From positions 672,001-736,000 of the forward strand of contig CAVXLD010000003.1 of assembly GCA_963762565.1 (NCBI GenBank): a stretch of DNA of 64,000 bases, read 5' to 3'. This document shows, piece by piece, positions 59,385-64,000 of this stretch. A program made the translations under genes and the position numbers. This DNA is from an uncultured Verrucomicrobiae bacterium. GTDB taxonomy: Bacteria > Verrucomicrobiota > Verrucomicrobiia > Chthoniobacterales > JAFAMB01. Numbering within the stretch: the first letter of the stretch is position 1; every line of letters begins with the position of its first letter. Under the pieces are notes generated by a model. The model did not search any database and was not told where the DNA came from. It saw only the letters and a list, made by a program, of their open reading frames with translations.

Positions 59385-59888
59385 ATGGACGGCAAACGCT
59401 TGGCTACGGCGCTCGCTTTCATGATGACGCCCATTTCATTCCTGGCTGCTCAGGAAAAGGGTGGCCCATCGAGTGGCGAGCTTGAAGCCATCAAAGCTGA
59501 ATTGAGATCACAGGACGATCGCATCAACAGGTTATCTGCTGAAGTCAATCGTTTGGTGGAGATCTTGAGAGAAAAGGGAATCACGGTTGACAAAGGGACC
59601 ATGTCGGCGCCAAGGGCTTCAGCAGTGCCAAAGGCTTCGGCAGCCAGTCCGAGCGCAACAGTTCCAGGCACGGTCGGTGTCGATAATCCGTCACCGACGG
59701 CAATGGGAGGTGTCCGCACCCACGTTGTAGCCAAAGGCGAAACGTTGATTCAGATCGCAAAACAGTATGGCGTCACCGTCGACGATATTGAGCAGCTCAA
59801 TAAAATACAGGATGCGAAAAAATTGCAGATCGGCCAGACCCTGAAAATTCCTGGATCAGGCAGCCCATCGCCGGCGGAGTCGCCTTAG
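59385..59888 (+). CDS. Secreted coiled-coil + LysM protein
   Basis: HVVAKGETLIQIAKQYGVTVDDIEQLNKI...LQIGQTLKIP. Confidence 0.88.
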   Translation: MDGKRLATALAFMMTPISFLAAQEKGGPSSGELEAIKAELRSQDDRINRLSAEVNRLVEILREKGITVDKGTMSAPRASAVPKASAASPSATVPGTVGVDNPSPTAMGGVRTHVVAKGETLIQIAKQYGVTVDDIEQLNKIQDAKKLQIGQTLKIPGSGSPSPAESP

Positions 59889-60110
59889 GCTCCTCCGCCA
59901 ATGACAAATGACAGATCCCAGATGACAAATGGGCCATGGCTGCGCACTACAATTTGTCATCTGTCATTTGTCATTTGTCATCTGGAGCGAGCATGACTGA
60001 CGGGACTCGCCTGATGTTCGTCCCGAATAGCAAATCGCAAATGAGTTTGGCTGCCAGGCGCAATATTTGCTATCTGCGATTTGCTATGCGGAGCGAGCCT
60101 AAGGCGAGTC
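59879..60110. repeat. Two tandem family C hairpins (AATGACA arms, then AATAGCA arms)
   Basis: TCGCCTTAGGCTC ... GAGCCTAAGGCGA outer termini. Confidence 0.85.
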
Positions 60111-60126
60111 TCCGCACTGCTCCGAG

Positions 60127-60155
60127 TTGCTTTCCAATTTGTAACTAAGTACTGT
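60127..60155 (+). promoter_or_regulatory. Putative promoter giving a leaderless ubact transcript
   Basis: TTGCTT-17 nt-TACTGT, 6 nt before the ATG; no SD visible. Confidence 0.4.
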
Positions 60156-60161
60156 ACGAAT

Positions 60162-60338
60162 ATGCCCGAGAGGACGCAAAAACCACCAGCACCGGCACCT
60201 TGGGAACCTAAGCAAGGAGATGGAGACGGGCCACGGAGTCCCGATGTCTCTAAGCCGGACACGAAAGATTTGTTGAAGCGGATGCGAAAAGTCGATCCGA
60301 ACCAGTCAAAGCGCTATCGGCAGCGGACTGGCCAGTAA
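60162..60338 (+). CDS. ubact: Ubiquitin-like (Pup-analogous) protein UBact
   Basis: 58 aa, disordered, ends LLKRMRKVDP...RYRQRTGQ (R[T/S]G[E/Q]); directly upstream of the proteasome subunits. Confidence 0.9.
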   Translation: MPERTQKPPAPAPWEPKQGDGDGPRSPDVSKPDTKDLLKRMRKVDPNQSKRYRQRTGQ

Positions 60339-60339
60339 A

Positions 60340-61158
60340 ATGGAGTTGTTTGAATCGAATTCCGCGAACGCGGGCGATTTCGTGACCCTGCTGAAGCGCA
60401 CCGGTGTGCTACCAGAGCAAAAGCATCTCAACGAACAGCTTTCGGCTTCGGGCGGACGCCCGGCTGTTGTAGAGACGCAAGCGACCACGGTTCTCGCGTT
60501 CAAGTTTTCCGACGGAGTCCTGGTGGCCGGGGACCGCCGAGCGACCGCCGGCAACATCGTGATGTACGATCGAGCGGACAAAGTCCTTGAGATCGACCGA
60601 CACTCCGTAATGGCCATTGCCGGATCACCGGCTACCGCCTGGGAAATGGCTCGCGTGCTGGAGCATTCGTTCCAGTTTTATCGGCGTAGTCAATTGCAGG
60701 AAATGAGCGTGGAAGGCAAAGTACGCGCGCTTTCCAAACTGCTGAGGGACAACCTCGGGATGGTGTTACAGGGGGTTGGCGTTGTGGTTCCCTTGTTCGC
60801 TACCTACGATCACGGCGCGGACGACCCGGCCAAAGTTTTTTTCTATGACGCGATGGGCGCCCAGTTCGAGGCTACCGATTTTGCCGCAAGCGGTTCCGGC
60901 GGGCCTTCCGTCCGGAGCATTCTGTATTATGAGAACGCCTGGGGAAAGACGCCGTTGCGAGAGCTGGACCAGAAGGACGCGATCACGATCGCGTTGCGAG
61001 CACTGGATACTGCGGCAGAAGCGGATACCGCGACCGGTGGGATCGACCGCCAGGGGAAAATCTTCCCGATCGTGAAGATCGTGAACCAAGACGGTATCAC
61101 GACAGTATCGCATGATGTTCTCTCTTCGTTGTTTCAAGCGGCGCTTCCACCATCATGA
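60340..61158 (+). CDS. prcB: 20S proteasome beta subunit
   Basis: Propeptide, then TTVLA, AGDRRAT.GN, K33-like DKV, SGSG, DTATGG. Confidence 0.92.
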   Translation: MELFESNSANAGDFVTLLKRTGVLPEQKHLNEQLSASGGRPAVVETQATTVLAFKFSDGVLVAGDRRATAGNIVMYDRADKVLEIDRHSVMAIAGSPATAWEMARVLEHSFQFYRRSQLQEMSVEGKVRALSKLLRDNLGMVLQGVGVVVPLFATYDHGADDPAKVFFYDAMGAQFEATDFAASGSGGPSVRSILYYENAWGKTPLRELDQKDAITIALRALDTAAEADTATGGIDRQGKIFPIVKIVNQDGITTVSHDVLSSLFQAALPPS

Positions 61159-61934
61159 TTGAAGAACCGTATCGTTGGGTCGAGGCGATCGCGAATCGGC
61201 GCGAATATATCGAGAGCGAACTCGCCAATGGCAGCCCCACCATTGCATTGAGTTGCCAGGAAGGAGTCTTACTTCTGACCTTCGGCAAAGACCGTAAGAA
61301 AATCTTCGAGGTCTACGATCAAATCGCTCTCGGAGGAATTGGTCACCCCGGAGATATCGAGCGGCTTCGGATGATGGCGATCGAACTGGCTGGTACTGAG
61401 GGATTCGCGCGATCAGTTAGTGACGTGTCTTTGCGTCGCATGGCGACCTACAGTTTCAGCCCGGCGTTAAAACAGGCTTTTGAACAGATTTACGGCGCAC
61501 CCTACCTGGCCCGGTTGTTGTTTGCCGAGGTCGGCGCTACCCCGGCTGACGATCTCTTTGTGGCGCTCGAGTATGACGGTTCTATGAAGGCCAACTCCAT
61601 GGCCGCAGGCAAGGGAAGAGACCACTTTGCGGTAATCTCCGGAACGCGGCGTTCTGCCGAGCAGATCGCGTTGTTTCTCCGCAACGAGGACATTGGACCC
61701 TTAAAAACCGCGCTGGCAGTGGCCGTCAGAGCCTGGGGGGTTGGCCTATATACTCTGGATGAGGACCACGCCAATATTCCGCCACCAGACGAGCTAAAGA
61801 ATTTCCTCAAGACTCAATTGAAAGATTATTCGGTCGAGGCCGCCCTTCTTGAGCGCAAGCCAAAGACGCGCATCGCGTTTACGGAGTTAAGCGAAGAAAA
61901 GCTCGGCGCGGTGTTGTCTGAGTACAAAGAGTAG
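61155..61934 (+). CDS. prcA: 20S proteasome alpha subunit
   Basis: KKIFEVYDQIALGGIG...DIERLR, PYLARLLFAEVG, VEAALLER; ATGA overlap. Confidence 0.88.
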   Translation: MIEEPYRWVEAIANRREYIESELANGSPTIALSCQEGVLLLTFGKDRKKIFEVYDQIALGGIGHPGDIERLRMMAIELAGTEGFARSVSDVSLRRMATYSFSPALKQAFEQIYGAPYLARLLFAEVGATPADDLFVALEYDGSMKANSMAAGKGRDHFAVISGTRRSAEQIALFLRNEDIGPLKTALAVAVRAWGVGLYTLDEDHANIPPPDELKNFLKTQLKDYSVEAALLERKPKTRIAFTELSEEKLGAVLSEYKE

Positions 61935-61967
61935 TATCGCTCGCGAGGCGTTTCGTTCTCCCGACTT

Positions 61968-62200
61968 CGCCAACGCCCCGGTTGTGGAGCGCGCCTCGCT
62001 TGCGAGGCCGACTTCCAGCGGTTGGCAACAAAGACCATGGGCTTCGTCGGACAGGCCGTCCTCGAATCCGGCCGAAAACCCGGGAGGGATCGCGTCCTCG
62101 CGATCCTTCTTTAACGAAGCCCAGGGCAGACCAGGCCGGGCGCTTAACTAGGTTCACGACGCAGCCCTGTTCGCGGCGCGCGGGGACGCGCGCCCTCCCT
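61968..62200. repeat. Family B single arm plus a GGGAGGG..CGCGTCC hairpin element
   Basis: Copy of 33672-33760, then GGGAGGGATCGCGTCCTCGCG ... CGCGGGGACGCGCGCCCTCCC. Confidence 0.78.
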
Positions 62201-62234
62201 GAATCCCACCCCGCATGGCCTGCGAAGCGCTCAC

Positions 62235-62357
62235 CTATTTCGCCGACAAATGCAGTACAATGAGAACTGATCTGATGAGAAGCAGCAACCCGATCCAGGC
62301 CAGAATTTGACCTCCGGCCCGACGGAAAACGCGCAACCCATCGTTCGGTAAAGGCAT
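62235..62357 (-). CDS. Possible 40-aa membrane peptide
   Basis: ATG start and one hydrophobic helix only. Confidence 0.3.
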   Translation of the reverse strand: MPLPNDGLRVFRRAGGQILAWIGLLLLIRSVLIVLHLSAK

Positions 62358-62624
62358 ACCAAAATAACGCGGACATTGAAGTCGCGTGGTCAAATATAGA
62401 TCAGGCCAGGTTTTTGTCCCGAAGGCGAGCAAGCCGTGCGATTCGGACTAGGCGCACTACTCGATTGCTCCAACACTCCATCACTCCGCTCGACCGGATT
62501 CGAGGACGACGACGAGGACGAGAACGATGCCCCTCGCGCGCCCGTGAGAAAGACTCGCTTATGAAACCAAATTCAGTAGTGTGCGTCAGTACGGCTACAC
62601 ACGTTGAAACCAATCCGTTTCGCC

Positions 62625-63524
62625 ATGAAGACTTTATTTCTTATTCTTGCACTGGCTCTGTTTTCGGCCAGCGCCTGGGCCGATGATTTGACCAAAGCGG
62701 TTCAGGAAAAACTGAAGGATCAAGGGTTCTTTTATGGAGAAGCAACCGGGCAACCAGGCTCGGAAACCGATGCTGCGATTCGCCGTTATCAAATACGCTA
62801 CGGTTTGAAGGTCACCGGCGGATTGAACGATGAGACCATGCGGTCCTTGGGCCTAAAGCTCAACGAGTTTCCTCCTCCGCAAAACGCGGTTCGCCACGGA
62901 AACGAAACCGGTGCTAGCACCCCAAGCAGCACGCCGAGGCCGCAGCTCTCAGCGCCGCAAGCACAGCCGCCGCGAGCAATTTCGTCTCCGACTCCTCGCC
63001 CGCATATAGCCACTCCGCGACCTTCACCTTCACCCGAGGTTCACCAGAGAGTGCAGCCTCAACCCCCGACTTATCGGACACCTCAAGAAGCTCCGGACGA
63101 AGAAACGCCGGAAAACGAACCTCCAAGCCAAGGCTATAACCGAGGCCCTTCTGGTGGAGGTGGCTATGGGAACAATTATGGAGGGTCGCCTTACGGTGGA
63201 TCGCCCTATGGACGAGCACCTGCTCAGGGACGACCGCGCCTAGTCGCCAGGGTTCAGATGCAACTCGCTCGAGCCGGCTATTATCACGGACCTGTTGATG
63301 GGGAACTCGGCGGAGGGACGGTGGAAGCAATCGGCAGATTTCAAGCGTCGCGAGGCATTCAACCGACCGGGCGACTTAATGCCCGAACGTTGGTAGCATT
63401 GGGCGTGGTACGAAAAGTTTATCGCGTTTACGGGCCCTATCGACCCTACGGACCTTACGGCCCGGCTCCGTATGGCCCAGGACCTTACGGGCCGTATGGC
63501 CCCTACGCCCGAAACTACTGGTGA
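62625..63524 (+). CDS. Secreted protein with two peptidoglycan-binding domains
   Basis: VQEKLKDQGFF.G...G..T.AAIRRYQ and VQMQLARAGYY.G.VDG...AIGRFQ; Pro-rich linker; YGP-repeat tail. Confidence 0.88.
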   Translation: MKTLFLILALALFSASAWADDLTKAVQEKLKDQGFFYGEATGQPGSETDAAIRRYQIRYGLKVTGGLNDETMRSLGLKLNEFPPPQNAVRHGNETGASTPSSTPRPQLSAPQAQPPRAISSPTPRPHIATPRPSPSPEVHQRVQPQPPTYRTPQEAPDEETPENEPPSQGYNRGPSGGGGYGNNYGGSPYGGSPYGRAPAQGRPRLVARVQMQLARAGYYHGPVDGELGGGTVEAIGRFQASRGIQPTGRLNARTLVALGVVRKVYRVYGPYRPYGPYGPAPYGPGPYGPYGPYARNYW

Positions 63525-63534
63525 GCGAGCGGAG

Positions 63535-63654
63535 CTCGCCTTAGGCTCGCTCCGAATAGCCAATAGCCAATAGCCCATAGCCAATAACTCGGCGTGGCGC
63601 TGCATGCATCGGCTATTGGCTATTGGCTATTTCGGGAGGGAGCCTAAGGCGAGT
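63535..63654. repeat. Palindromic element, family C, with AATAGCC arms
   Basis: CTCGCCTTAGGCTC ... GAGCCTAAGGCGAG. Confidence 0.88.
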
Positions 63655-63709
63655 CCCGATGATCTTTCCGCTTGCGCAGAAGGGCCAGCTGTTTTTGGTA
63701 GGCATCCTC

Positions 63710-64000
63710 ATGGTATGGTCGATTGAGTCGTTGGGAGAGGCGCAATATCTGTCACCCTTGCGTCATGGGCATTCAGAGCGATTCAAAAGCGAAAGCCACC
63801 GAGTCCTCTACGATGACATGCTGCCAGCTTCGCAGGAAGTGTTTGGCCGGGGCGAAATTCCCTTAAGTTTTGAAATAGCCGGGCCGCGCGAGAAAATTTT
63901 CTTCGATCCGCCGAAAGCAACGGCGGCCATTGTTACCTGCGGCGGTCTTTGTCCCGGTCAGAACGATATCATCCGAGGTATCGTTAATGAGCTCTACAAC
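63710..64000 (+). CDS. pfkA: 6-phosphofructokinase (partial, runs off the window)
   Basis: Not in the ORF track. Manual translation gives FEIAGPREKIFFDP...AAIVTCGGLCPGQNDIIRGIV. Confidence 0.9.
   Translation, partial: MVWSIESLGEAQYLSPLRHGHSERFKSESHRVLYDDMLPASQEVFGRGEIPLSFEIAGPREKIFFDPPKATAAIVTCGGLCPGQNDIIRGIVNELYN

Noticed and set aside
60162..60338. Calling the small protein Pup
   Set aside because: It ends in RTGQ, not GGQ/GGE, which fits UBact.
1..64000. tRNA, rRNA, riboswitch, integron or prophage
   Set aside because: None recognised by eye; a covariance-model scan would be needed to exclude small RNAs.

Overview
Bacterial chromosomal window, probably a soil Verrucomicrobiota/Chthoniobacterales-like organism (inference from the UBact-proteasome genes and the dense palindromic intergenic repeats). 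I saw no rRNA, tRNA or CRISPR array. In order: (1) a lipid-modification-like island with an SDR, two desaturases, two SMR/EamA pairs, a GNAT and an arginase-fold protein (1-7 kb); (2) ilvA, a peroxiredoxin and acnA; (3) a ~20 kb co-oriented sulfated-glycan-like cluster with 2 AP/NPP-family enzymes, GT4, GH-like proteins, MFP, TolC, flippase, TPR protein, a GT-C enzyme and 2 sulfotransferases. This cluster is interrupted by a 4.2 kb segment bounded by IS630-type inverted repeats that carries a GH5-like gene, a phosphoesterase and a dead transposase; (4) an uncharacterised four-gene operon with two stand-alone ClpB-D2-type AAA+ ATPases (one membrane-anchored), a beta-helix protein and a bitopic protein, lying downstream of an HNH nuclease/SUKH immunity pair and a REP-flanked IS200-like transposase; (5) housekeeping genes (antiporter, HPr, ychF, trpA, mobA); (6) a DUF2946-like RGPP leader ahead of a TonB receptor; (7) ubact-prcB-prcA with no ligase or ATPase partners nearby; (8) a peptidoglycan-binding protein and the start of pfkA. 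Intergenic spaces hold several families of nested hairpin elements, some of which supply stop codons to flanking genes. The best candidate for an undescribed system is the twin ClpB-D2 ATPase/beta-helix operon at 35200-40086. All family calls come from motif recognition by eye, not from database searches.
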